DNA from: Ginglymostoma cirratum
Lineage: Eukaryota
NCBI GenBank assembly: GCA_024137785.1
Contig: JAHRHZ010000133.1
Coordinates: 67,132,245-67,196,244, forward strand
DNA length: 64,000 bases
Direction: 5' to 3'
The position numbers and the translations under genes are program-made. The notes beneath the pieces were generated by a model. That model searched no databases. It saw nothing but the letters and a program-made list of their open reading frames with translations, and was not told where the DNA came from. Shown here piece after piece: positions 50,786 to 61,020 of this stretch. Numbering within the stretch: the stretch's first letter is position 1; every line of letters starts with the position of its first letter.

Positions 50786-51019
50786 AATTTCTGGGAGATT
50801 TTTTTTTAAAAAAGGGGAGGGGGTAGGTTGGGCTGTGGGTGTGTTGTTGTTGGTGGTGGTCGGGGTTGGCGGGGGGGGGGGGGTGGAAGGTGGAAGAAAT
50901 AACAGCGATGAACGGAGAAACTTGTCAAGCCTGTAGGCCCATGCTCTTACCGAAAAGGAAACAACATTTTTTTTAAAATCTCTTCTGTTGTTGCAAGTTT
51001 TGACAGAAACAGAACAACT

Positions 51020-51225
51020 CATCAAGAATCGATCACCACCAGGCGGCCAATCAAAACGGCAGCAGGCGTAATGAAGGCGATATATGAGTGTTTGGCTTTA
51101 CTGCAGGGTAATGAACTAGAATCCAGTCAAAATATGAATATTCATGAAGCCGCTCCTGCCTTTGATGATTAAAGAAATTTTTAATATTCAAATGAGCGCT
51201 GCCGAATTATTAACAAAGAGCAAGT
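51020..51225. promoter_or_regulatory. Candidate CNE
   Basis: CCAAT, TAATGA twice, perfect palindrome ATGAATATTCAT (51134-51145) and many retained CpGs. Confidence 0.45.
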
Positions 51226-51263
51226 GTGCAGAAAATGGAAATGGAAAAGGGTAGATTTGGGAA

Positions 51264-51283
51264 GGGGGGGGGGGGGGGGGGGG
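51264..51283 (+). repeat. G20 homopolymer
   Basis: Directly visible. A G13 run also lies at 50871-50883. Confidence 0.9.
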
Positions 51284-52513
51284 ATTGCAGTGCACAACCA
51301 GAGCTTGGCAATTTTTAAAAATATCTTTTTAAACAAAAAGAAAAAGCACCCAGACGCAACAAAAGACAATAGGAAATTAAAACAGAATTGCAGGATCCAA
51401 TTGTCTACTAATGAACTGATTCTCGGGTTTCACTGGAGCAGGGTTTTCCAAATAACATTAACTCTTTTTTTTCTTGGCTCCCCCTCCTTCTCCCCTGTTT
51501 CACCGACTCATGCAGACACAACCCCAACAGTTTTCCACATCACCATGTTCCCCCTCTTGGCCACATAGCAGCTCACTCAGGTATGGCCCCATCTGTTGGT
51601 ATTTGTCCCGCTGACTAAGGTGAGGGGCTGAGGGGGGACACCTTCCCAGAAGATCTCAAGGGAGGCACTGATCAGAAGCAGGTACTTAGGCTGATTCTCT
51701 CAGGATACCACCACTCACCTCCTCCGTTCCCTCTCCACACACCCACAATCCTCAAGGCAGCACCCTGCCAATTTCATGCCATTGCTACCCAGGTACCAGC
51801 CACCCAGATCTAACTCAGATCAGGGTGGTAGCAGAGATCTTATCAAAGAGTTTCCTGAGCTGAACAGTTCAGTAGCACACCAAGCAGGGAATAAAGCTGC
51901 TTTGCCACCACTGAGAGCAGTCGATGTCATTTTTGCTTTAAATTGTAGCTACGCTTCCCTTTTCAACCTGGGCTCACACTGGGAGAACGTACACCACATT
52001 CATCCCCAACTCTGTTTTTCTTGCAAAGAATAGGTTTTAAGCCTATACCCAGAAACCGTTAACGTCTTCACAAATTCCACGCATAATTTTAAACATATAA
52101 AACGGTTCTCGGATTTTATCTTCCATCTCCAGATATAAAGCAAATAAAACATCACTAATCTATTGTGAGAATAGAGAAATTAAACTTGGATACATTTATT
52201 ATCAGCTCTGAAACCGCACTGATAATGAACTGCAAGCTCCATGTACAGTCCAATGTTTAGTCTGCTCGGTGTAAGAATGTAACCCTTCAGATTTACTCAG
52301 GTGACAAAAGTAAATCAGTAAATTCCCAGATAATAACAGAAACATGGAAAAGAAAATTCTGAAAAATTCTCACACTCAGTTGTTATTCTTCCCCAATATT
52401 ATACACTGTCAGATATACACATCAGTTTATGATTAAGAGCTGGGCTCTTAAATGGAAGAGGATGGCATCGTCATCTGAAAGAAATCAAATGGGCCAGAGG
52501 ACACTGCAGTGAT

Positions 52514-52739
52514 TGTCACAAGGTCAGCTAGGTGGACCTCACAGAATGTGAGTTCCTGATTGGGGCTGTTAATCTGGTCCAATCAGGGAGCCCTGGCTGA
52601 CAGATATAAACAGGAGTGTCAGGGGTTCTATTCACCCTAGAACCCAGCTCTGAACTAGCTGGGTAAGTGTCGTGTACTGTGCTTGGGTGAATAAAGAGTG
52701 ACTTGGTGACAGGATACCAGCCTTCATGGAGTTACTTCG
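52514..52739 (+). mobile_element. Solo-LTR-like element
   Basis: Starts TGT; CCAAT (~52579), TATA-like GATATAAA (~52603), AATAAA (~52690); ends TTCG rather than TTCA. No clear TSD. Confidence 0.55.
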
Positions 52740-53299
52740 GACATCATCCTTTGGATTAATATTTTAACCTTTGTGAGAGCATGCACATGTAACACATTCC
52801 ACATACAAACACAAACAAACACAATTTCAGTGCAAAAATAATGCAGCTGAGGACTTTTTTTGGATTAAAAGGAGAAAGGAAGAATGAAAGAAAGGGAGAG
52901 AGGAAACAAAGGAAGGGCAGAATACAGGAAGGATACAATGAATGAAGTAAGGAACGAGAGAAGGCAAGTGGCACCTTTCACAACCTCAGAATGGCCCAAA
53001 GCATTTACACAGTTATTTAAGTATGTTATCGGCTTGAAATGATTGAATTAAATATAAATACAGCCAGGCATGTTCTGAATTACCCCTTTTCCTGCCCAGT
53101 GAAACGGTCACATTAGAGAGGGAGCTATGTTCATTACCTATTCTCCTAACAAGGAAATTCCTCCCAGGAGCACAAACCAAAAATTCAGATGTGAGGACAT
53201 AGGGTTTCTCCCTGGACTAATTTCAACAATGAGAATTTCTAACGGCTTTGCTGTCCATTCTATCCAAATTCCAGAACAGCAGTTCCAACAGATTTTTTA

Positions 53300-53625
53300 A
53301 AAATTCACTGGCGGGATGACCCTGCAGCATTTATTGCCCAGAGGACAGTTCAGAGTCAACCACATTGCTGTGGGTCTGCAGTCACATGTAGGCCAGACCA
53401 GGTAAGGATGGCAGTTTCCTTCCCTAAAGGACATTAGTTAACCAGATAGGTTTTTTCACGACAATGAATGGATTCACGGTCATCATTAGGCTCCTAGTTC
53501 CAAATATTTTTATTGAATTCAAATTCCACCTGCCGTGGTGAGATTCAAACCCGGATCCCCAGAACATTACTTCGGTCTTTGGATTAAACAGTCCAGCAAT
53601 AATACTGCTAGGCCATCACCTCCCC
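53300..53625 (-). mobile_element. tRNA-derived SINE, full length
   Basis: Minus-strand head 'ggggaggtgatggcctagcagtattattgctggactg...ccgggtttgaatctcacc'. The body matches 25545-25815. Confidence 0.85.
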
Positions 53626-54169
53626 AAAAGAACAAGATCTTGCAGGAAAAGCTCATACTGGCAGATGTGTTTGGGTTTTTGTAGAGCAGACAGTAAGGAC
53701 CCTGGACAAATGGAAGCACAACAGTCCACTAATAATATCTGCAGCAGCTCTTACTGTTACAGCATTTAGCAACTTCTGTAGCTTGGATCACAGGAGACAG
53801 CTGTGTTTGTAGATCCACGATTGTGCCATCGCGGTAAGGAGCTGGTTTTAACAACATAAACATGAGCAGCCTGTACATGGGTGTCACTGTCTGAACTACA
53901 GGAATACCTCAAGTTTAAACCAGGATCAGCTGCACACTGCTGGATCATCCAACTCTTGTGTCAGCGAACTGTGCCAGCAAGTCAGGGTGTGTGAAGATTG
54001 CCCTTGCATTGTCCCCACCAGGAAAGAGTTCCTATTCCTTGATTATACATACAATATAGGATACCACTAGCTGCCTAGATATGCTAGGCTATGTGGGTGA
54101 GGCTGATTTTAAAAAGACAAGAGCAAAGGGACCCCTTGGGCACTTTCCGGCAGCTAATTCAAGAATCAT

Positions 54170-54358
54170 CACAGTGTGGAGCTGGAGGAACACAGCAGGC
54201 AAGGCAGCATCAGAGGAGCAGGAAAGTTGACGTTTCGGATCGGGACCCTTCTTCAGAAATGTGCTGTCCCGCTCCTCTGATGCTGCTTGGCCTGCTGTGT
54301 TCCTCCAGTTCCACAGTGTGTTGTCTCTGACTCCAGCATCTGCAGTTCTTGCTATCTC
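54170..54358. mobile_element. Palindromic PLE-derived hammerhead element, family 1 variant
   Basis: Minus-strand core CTGAAGA-A-GGGTC-CC-GATCC-GAAAC-GTC at 54229-54256. The right arm lacks the core and carries the tail. TSD CTAA(T/C)TCAAGA(A/T)TCAT at 54154-54169 and 54359-54374. Confidence 0.88.
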
Positions 54359-54624
54359 CTAACTCAAGATTCATACTGTTAGTCCTCTCCTACTTCATGC
54401 ACTTTGAAGCAGGGTCTAGCAGTTACTAGTTCAGCAGCCTTTGGAATCGGCATGGCAAGAGAACCACATTTGTTTGCAAAAGAACCAAACCTGCAGAATA
54501 AGCAAAGATTCCTCACACATGCCCAAGGCAAGCACATCATATTTGGATTATTTCATCAGGACACCACAAAGAAAGGTGGAGGAAGAACACAGCCTATCGC
54601 GTAGACATCATGCCACTTTTCATT

Positions 54625-54836
54625 GAGTCAAGTTGCCATAGTCTTACTAGACAACAGGGTTACTTTCTCATTAGAGAAAGGCAACTGGTGGTGATTTAAC
54701 CTGGGAACCACCACACCTCAGGCAAGGGGAGTGGTTAAGAAGGGGAGTCCTTCATGGTTACAAGGGATTGAACCTACTGTTGGCATCACAACGCTTTGCA
54801 AACCAACCATCCAGCCAAGTGAACTAAACCGACCCC
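54625..54836 (-). mobile_element. tRNA-derived SINE (another family)
   Basis: Minus-strand head 'ggggtcggtttagttcacttggctggatggttggtttgc...ggttcaatccc'. Confidence 0.6.
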
Positions 54837-55905
54837 GAATGCTTTGCATGAAGCACTGCATGTCTCTTCTCAATGTTTCAATTAAAAACGTCAGAAGAGG
54901 CAGAATTTTAAAAGAGAAAGCAATTGCTTATTAATCCCTATCTCAGTGGATTGGTCAGGGTTGGAAGTGGGGGCTGCTGTTTTTCCTCAACCTGCTTCTG
55001 CTCCATCCATAATTAAACTGCAAGAACATCCGTACAATTTGCTTAGTATTCCAAGTACTGTATAAAAGCAAGTCGCATCCAACTTTAAAATGGCCTCAGT
55101 GATAACACCTCAGGGAAGCAATATGGTGCAGGTTTACTGACAGTGTCCTCATTCGGTATAGCATTTCTAAGGTTTCACTTCAGCACATCATCAAAACATG
55201 GGCTTATCATTTATTTAATATTTCTTGCAACTGCTTCTCTTCTCTTCAGCATGCCAAACCACTTTGTTCACTTTCTTAAAAAATAACTGCCACTGTGTTT
55301 TCATTAAGAGTCGCTCAGCGTTTGTTTTTATATTAAACATGCAAATCCAGCTGAAGCAGTACAGAGCCATGTCAGACTCAAAGGCGAATTGAGTCAGCTC
55401 ACTCTCTCTGCACCAACAGTGCACAGCTATATGCCGGTCAGAATTTAGCTAGGACTTGAAACGAGAGTCAGCATCCAGAAATCGCAACCTTCGGTAGTTA
55501 CAAGCAACAAGACCCTTGACTGATGTTTGTAACAAGAACTTAAGAGGTTTTCAAGACCTAGTCTTTGAGGGGCTCTGATAGATGTGTACTTCTAAAGAAA
55601 ACAAAATGTAGCAGTTTTGAAGAAAAGCATACGCGAGGTCACAATGAATCTGGCAGAAGATCTATGCGGCACCAGCAACAGTAAACCTGAGACATTCCAA
55701 GACAGGAACTTCAAGCTCAGTCTGTTATGCACAATCTTATGATGTGTTCAGCCATAAAATGCAATACGAGAGAGAAACTAAGCAACTCAAATAAACAGCC
55801 TCCAGACACTCCACTCAGCTTTCAACATTAAGCCTGCTTGAAAATCAGAATGAAACTGGACAGTGAATATCTCAGGCAGTGCTGGAGCCTAAATGAGTAA
55901 TAGAA

Positions 55906-56489
55906 TGTGGGGCTGGATGAACACAGCAGGCCAAGNNNNNNNNNNNNNNNNNNNNNNNNNNNNNNNNNNNNNNNNNNNNNNNNNNNNNNNNNNNNNNNNN
56001 NNNNNNNNNNNNNNNNNNNNNNNNNNNNNNNNNNNNNNNNNNNNNNNNNNNNNNNNNNNNNNNNNNNNNNNNNNNNNNNNNNNNNNNNNNNNNNNNNNNN
56101 NNNNNNNNNNNNNNNNNNNNNNNNNNNNNNNNNNNNNNNNNNNNNNNNNNNNNNNNNNNNNNNNNNNNNNNNNNNNNNNNNNNNNNNNNNNNNNNNNNNN
56201 NNNNNNNNNNNNNNNNNNNNNNNNNNNNNNNNNNNNNNNNNNNNNNNNNNNNNNNNNNNNNNNNNNNNNNNNNNNNNNNNNNNNNNNNNNNNNNNNNNNN
56301 NNNNNNNNNNNNNNNNNNNNNNNNNNNNNNNNNNNCAAGCAGCATCATAGGAGCAGGAAAACTTGACGTTTCGGGCCTACCGAAACGTCAAGTTTTCCTG
56401 CTCCTATGATGCTGCTTGGCCTGCTGTGTTCATCCAGCCCCACACCTTGTTATCTCGGATTCTCCAGCATCTGCAGTACCTTTTATCTC
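55906..56489. mobile_element. Palindromic PLE-derived element, family 1, spanning an assembly gap
   Basis: Inverted arms with a deleted apex (tcgggccta|ccgaaacgtc) and a tail on the right. TSD TGAGTAA(T/C)AGAATGTG at 55894-55909 and 56490-56505. Confidence 0.88.
55936..56335. other. Assembly gap (400 N)
   Basis: Run of N. Confidence 0.99.
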
Positions 56490-56839
56490 TGAGTAACAGA
56501 ATGTGCTGTATTTGACTTAGCTACCATATTTTGTACAGTCCAATAGTAGTGATACTTCAAAAGTACCTTAATGTCTGTAAAGAGCTGTAGGAAGGCCTGA
56601 GATTTTGACCAGTGCCAAAAATGTAATCTATTTTCTTCAACAGTGGTGAGCAATCAAAATCACTAAATTTTAAGAGGTTAAACTTTGGATTTGAGATGAA
56701 TTTTTGAAAAGGTTAGAAGTGGGAATAAAAGTAATTACCAGAAGCACTCTGTGGTAGCAATAGCAAAAACCATGGCACTAGGATGGGTTAATCTCTATTT
56801 ATTTCCAAACCATGACTGTACCAAAGCAGAGTGACAGAT

Positions 56840-56970
56840 TTTCTGAAGAAGGGCCTAGGCCCGAAACGTCAGCCTTCCTGCTCTTCTGATGCTGCTTGGC
56901 CTGCTGTGTTCATCCAGCCCTACACCTTGTTATCTCAGATTCTCCAGCATCTGCAGTTCCTACTATCTCT
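56840..56970 (+). mobile_element. PLE-derived hammerhead element, family 1, single arm with tail
   Basis: TTT-CTGAAGA-A-GGGCCTAGGCCC-GAAAC-GTC (core 56843-56870), then the full arm and tail. TSD unclear. Confidence 0.9.
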
Positions 56971-57109
56971 AACAGAATGTAACACTTGGTTTTATACTTG
57001 TAATTTTACCTGAAAATGGGCTCACTCCCTTCCAGGTCATCTTGTGACGTGGGCAAGACTCTTCTCAAGTAGGAAAGTGTGAAAATCAAAAAGTGTGATT
57101 CACGAGAGA

Positions 57110-57185
57110 AAACAAAAGAGAGAAGACTGCTAAAGGTGGGAATCATGAATTAGAAAAGAAAATGCTGGAGGTACAAGTCAGGTCT
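57110..57185 (-). mobile_element. Decayed family-2 PLE tail fragment
   Basis: 'aagactgctaaaggtgggaatcatgaattagaaaagaaaatgctggagg...tcaggtc'. Confidence 0.3.
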
Positions 57186-57449
57186 ATACAGAGAACAAGG
57201 CCGTTTATCAGAACTGTGCACCACTGAACGATCTACTGTCCAAACATTACAAACCTTTTTTCGCTCTTTTTCTGGAGGTGAGGGAAATCTTGCTCTCATT
57301 TCCCCCTCCACGACCCTGTCCTTTACATAAACATCCTACAGAACACAAAAAGGAGAAGCAAGTAAGATCTAAGTCTCAAAAACCTGCATTTCTATATTAT
57401 CCGTCATGGTTGCAGGCATCTCAAAGCAGTTCACCACTAACTACTGTAG

Positions 57450-57665
57450 GCAGTCACTGCTGTCAAAATGGCAGCCAATGTGCACATAGTTAGATCCTGC
57501 AACAGAATAATTACCAGATAATCTATCTTTTGGCTTTGGGGGAGGCATAAATACCGGCCACAATGTCAGGGATAAATCCTCCGTTCACTGAAAGCACACC
57601 CATAGGACCTTTTGCATCATCCTGAGCAGACAGGCAGGCCCTCAATTTAAAGACCCATCTGAATA
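57450..57665 (-). mobile_element. Deu-type SINE fragment
   Basis: 'ggcagccaatgtgcacatag...ccagataatct...cctgagcagacaggcaggccctcaatttaa'. Confidence 0.55.
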
Positions 57666-57960
57666 TATACTACCACATAGAAGAGTTTTTGTTTCAATGC
57701 CTACAACCCCATCCCCACATACCCAACATTCAACTTCTGCTACTGCAGCATAGCAACTGAACAGAATTGCCTGTGTGGGGTATGGCTCTTATGAATACTG
57801 GGTTTCATCCAACACAAAACTGCCACGCTCCGGAGAGTCATTCTGAACCTGGAAGATTTAGGGTCATCTCACGTAGCCATGAAGTCGACTTTTAATCTCA
57901 TTATCCAAAAAAATTAAACGATATGTTGCTAAGATTCCAAACACAGGGTAAAAAATGAGA

Positions 57961-58061
57961 ATAAAAAAAACTTTCCAAATATCCAGCTGCACTACACAAT
58001 CTGCTTTGGATTAAAAAATACTTTCCAAATATACAGTTATATTACGCAATCTGTTTTGGAT
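57961..58061. repeat. 50-bp tandem duplication (2 diverged copies)
   Basis: 'ctttccaaatat...caatctg.tttggat' at 57971 and again at 58021. Confidence 0.85.
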
Positions 58062-58454
58062 AACTCATTAGTCCATCTATTCTTGTCCCCACTTCTAATT
58101 CTTAATTCCCCACCCTGTTCTGTCACATTTGTTTCCTGGATACATCCTTTTTAAACAATTACCCAGACAGCACTTCAGAGCTTGAAGGGGCACCATATAT
58201 CACAGAATCCAAAAAGGAGACATTTGCCTCATGTTCGTTTGTTATTGAATGCATAATCTGCAACATCTGCAATCCTTAACAAAAAGGATACATAAGTCTG
58301 TATAATATTCTAATAACTTTCTCGATATAAAACCACAGACTAATTTGTAAAAATTTGGATCAAGGAAATGCTGCAGAGACTCCTCTATTTACAGCTCTGA
58401 ATGAAACAGGTGCTGTGATTTTTATTCTATTCATAGCATGACATCAATAACACC

Positions 58455-58750
58455 ACCAATTTTTATAGCACCTTTTGAAAGTATCCCAAAGCCAAACCTC
58501 AGAAAAGTCTTCAAACAAAATTGACACCAAGTCACAGAGGCTGGAGTGCCCACAAGACAGGTTTGAAAGTGTGTCTTAAGAGGATGAAAGAGAGATAGGT
58601 TTGATGAAGAAATTCCAGAGCTCGCAACCTGCATAACATGGTCAGCAGTGGTGGAACGATTCAAATAAAACCAAGGATGCACAAAAGTCACACAGAGATG
58701 TCAAGGGATTGAGGGCTGCAACAGGTTATGGGATAAGAAGAGCTGATGCC
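58455..58750 (-). mobile_element. L2-type LINE 3' end
   Basis: 'tttatagcacctttt...aaattgacaccaagtcaca...gtgtcttaagagga...gaaattccagagct'. Confidence 0.6.
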
Positions 58751-59064
58751 ATACGGAAGGGTGCTATGAATGCGAACGCGAGCTCAAACTCAAACTGGAG
58801 TCAAAATCACTGAAAATTCAGTTTGGTGTTTGGAGCGACTAGTTCCCAGTCAGTCCCAAATCTCGGACTTCAGAGCAAGTGAGAGCTGATCGACATTCCC
58901 GTGTGTGGTAAGGGAGACCTGATGTTAGTGAATTCATAATCAGTTCAACAATGGTTGCCAAGGTACTGATGTCATCATAGATCCAATTCTGAACTGCTTT
59001 ATAATCGAAAGTCTCCAAGAAATTAAAAACTACATTCAGACTCAAGGATGTTCCACCTCAGTGT

Positions 59065-59165
59065 GTTAACTGGCTTCTTAACTCTCAAAAGCTGACTAAC
59101 CTGATGTGAACTGGCAGCACTTTTAATTTTCATTTTCAGATTTTCAGTCTCCTCAAAATTGCTTT
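59065..59165 (+). mobile_element. Highly decayed family-2 PLE arm
   Basis: 'tgttaactggcttct...acctgatgtgaactggcagcactttt...ttcagattttcag'. Confidence 0.3.
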
Positions 59166-59657
59166 TTTAAAATCAAGATTCTAACCAGAATCAAAACTCT
59201 CTCAAATTCAACGTGATTCCTCTTTTCAATTGATCAAACACCTTAGCCACTATGATAAGACACCACAGCTTTTATCAGTCCCAGCTATACACAAGGGAGA
59301 GATAACAGACAGTGCACTGAAAATCCAAGTCAGTTTAATTGCAGCCTTCAATGCAGTCCCAAGTAAACCTGAGGGAGGTGAAGAATACCACAGTTGAGTT
59401 ACAACAGTGTACAGTAACAGTGTGATCCATTTACTTCATCACAATCTCAATTTGTACACAAGTGCACTGATGTCTATAACATTCAGACTGACAGAACTGA
59501 AATAATTTTAGACTTCTCGCCTTTACCATGGCCTTTACTCTCTGTCGAACCCCTCTGCCTCACTCTCAGTTCCTTCAATCTTTGGTCATTTATACAGTAT
59601 TCACCGTTATACCTGACTGATGGCTAAAGCACAGTAACACATTTAGTTAAAAACCTA

Positions 59658-59753
59658 AGATAACAAGGTGTAGAGCTGGATGAACAAAGCAGGTCAAGCA
59701 GCATCAGAGGAGCAGGAAAGCTGACATTTCGGGCCTAGACCCTTCTTCAGAAA
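59658..59753 (-). mobile_element. PLE-derived hammerhead element, family 1, single arm without tail
   Basis: Minus-strand core CTGAAGA-A-GGGTCTAGGCCC-GAAAT-GTC. 9-bp TSD AAAACCTAA at 59650-59658 and 59751-59759. Confidence 0.88.
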
Positions 59754-60896
59754 ACCTAACCTAGATAAAGTAAGCACCAACATAAACAAATCCAGCACAG
59801 GTCTGATCTAAAGTTCATGCATACATGCCAATCGATGGAGAATAGTTCAGACTGATAAAGTATTTCGTTACAAGAACGTTAATAGGCAGCCACTTAAATA
59901 ATATAGATAAAGAACTTCGCAAAATATTATGCTGTTCAGGTTAGACTGAGGAGTGCAGCAGTTTGAACACATGGGGTGTTTCTGTGTTTACATGCTTTGA
60001 AATTCCATGCAAGTTTACGTGATAACTATGAACAAGGAAGGCCCAACAGCCTATTTGCTTCAACTCTCACACAAGCCTGCAAACCAGAGCTTTTAAAGAC
60101 AACCAACGAGAAAAACAACAAGTGGAATGTTTTTCCAATACCTGGGAAAGCCGAAGTCATGGGCTTCCACTGAAAGAACATGGAAACCCAGACGTAAAAT
60201 CTTTTGCCTACGTAGATATGTGAGTGAGTCAGTTAACACAATGCTGGATATTATCTTGTGCTGATTAGAGAAAAGGAAATAACAAAGAATCCAAACAAAT
60301 TAAAATTAAAAAACAAAAGACTATTGTAAAAACAATAAAGTTCAACTTTGTAGAATGTGCATCCCTTCTGAATTTCTAAAACTATCAGCAAACAAACATC
60401 CAACTGCATACTTTCTACAGACAAAACTTATTTCACCACAATCATTTTTTAAGTCTGCCTAACATCATCCAGCATCCTGTATCCGAGCTCTGTTCTCCAC
60501 TCCTAGTGCCCAGTCTCTTTACCCACCTACAATTCCACCACCCCCACCACCCTCCTGTCCCCGGCAGCTGTGACCTGCTCCCTACTTGCGCGCCCTATGT
60601 GATAGATCGCTGTGGTTTCATGTAGCAATTGCTTGTTTCACCCTTGTTGTTGGGAAGTGCAGAGCAAGGATGGATCTTTCCACCAGCAACTCAGCAACCC
60701 AGGGAGTGAGAGCCAGAAATGCCCAAGGAGCAGAACAGAGCCTCCCCCACAGCTCTGGAACTATCTGGCTAGAAAGTTGGACTTGCATACAAGCAACCTG
60801 CAGTACAAAAGGACTAACAGCAGGATTGACCAGCACACATCACAAGCATCAAAATATTCCTACAGTGACCAGGAACTGTAGTGTCAGTATCCCACA

Positions 60897-61020
60897 GTTT
60901 GATTTGATTTGATTTATCATTGTCACATGTACTTAGGTACAGTGCAAAGTTTCGTTTTGCGTGCAGTACAGGCAGATCATGTCATACAAAGTGCATAGGG
61001 CAATAGAATGGAGCAAGGAA
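60897..61020 (-). mobile_element. Rex1-type LINE 3' terminus
   Basis: (TTTGA)n terminus followed by 'attgtcacatgtac...tacagtg...caggcagatca', matching 24035-24115. Confidence 0.7.
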
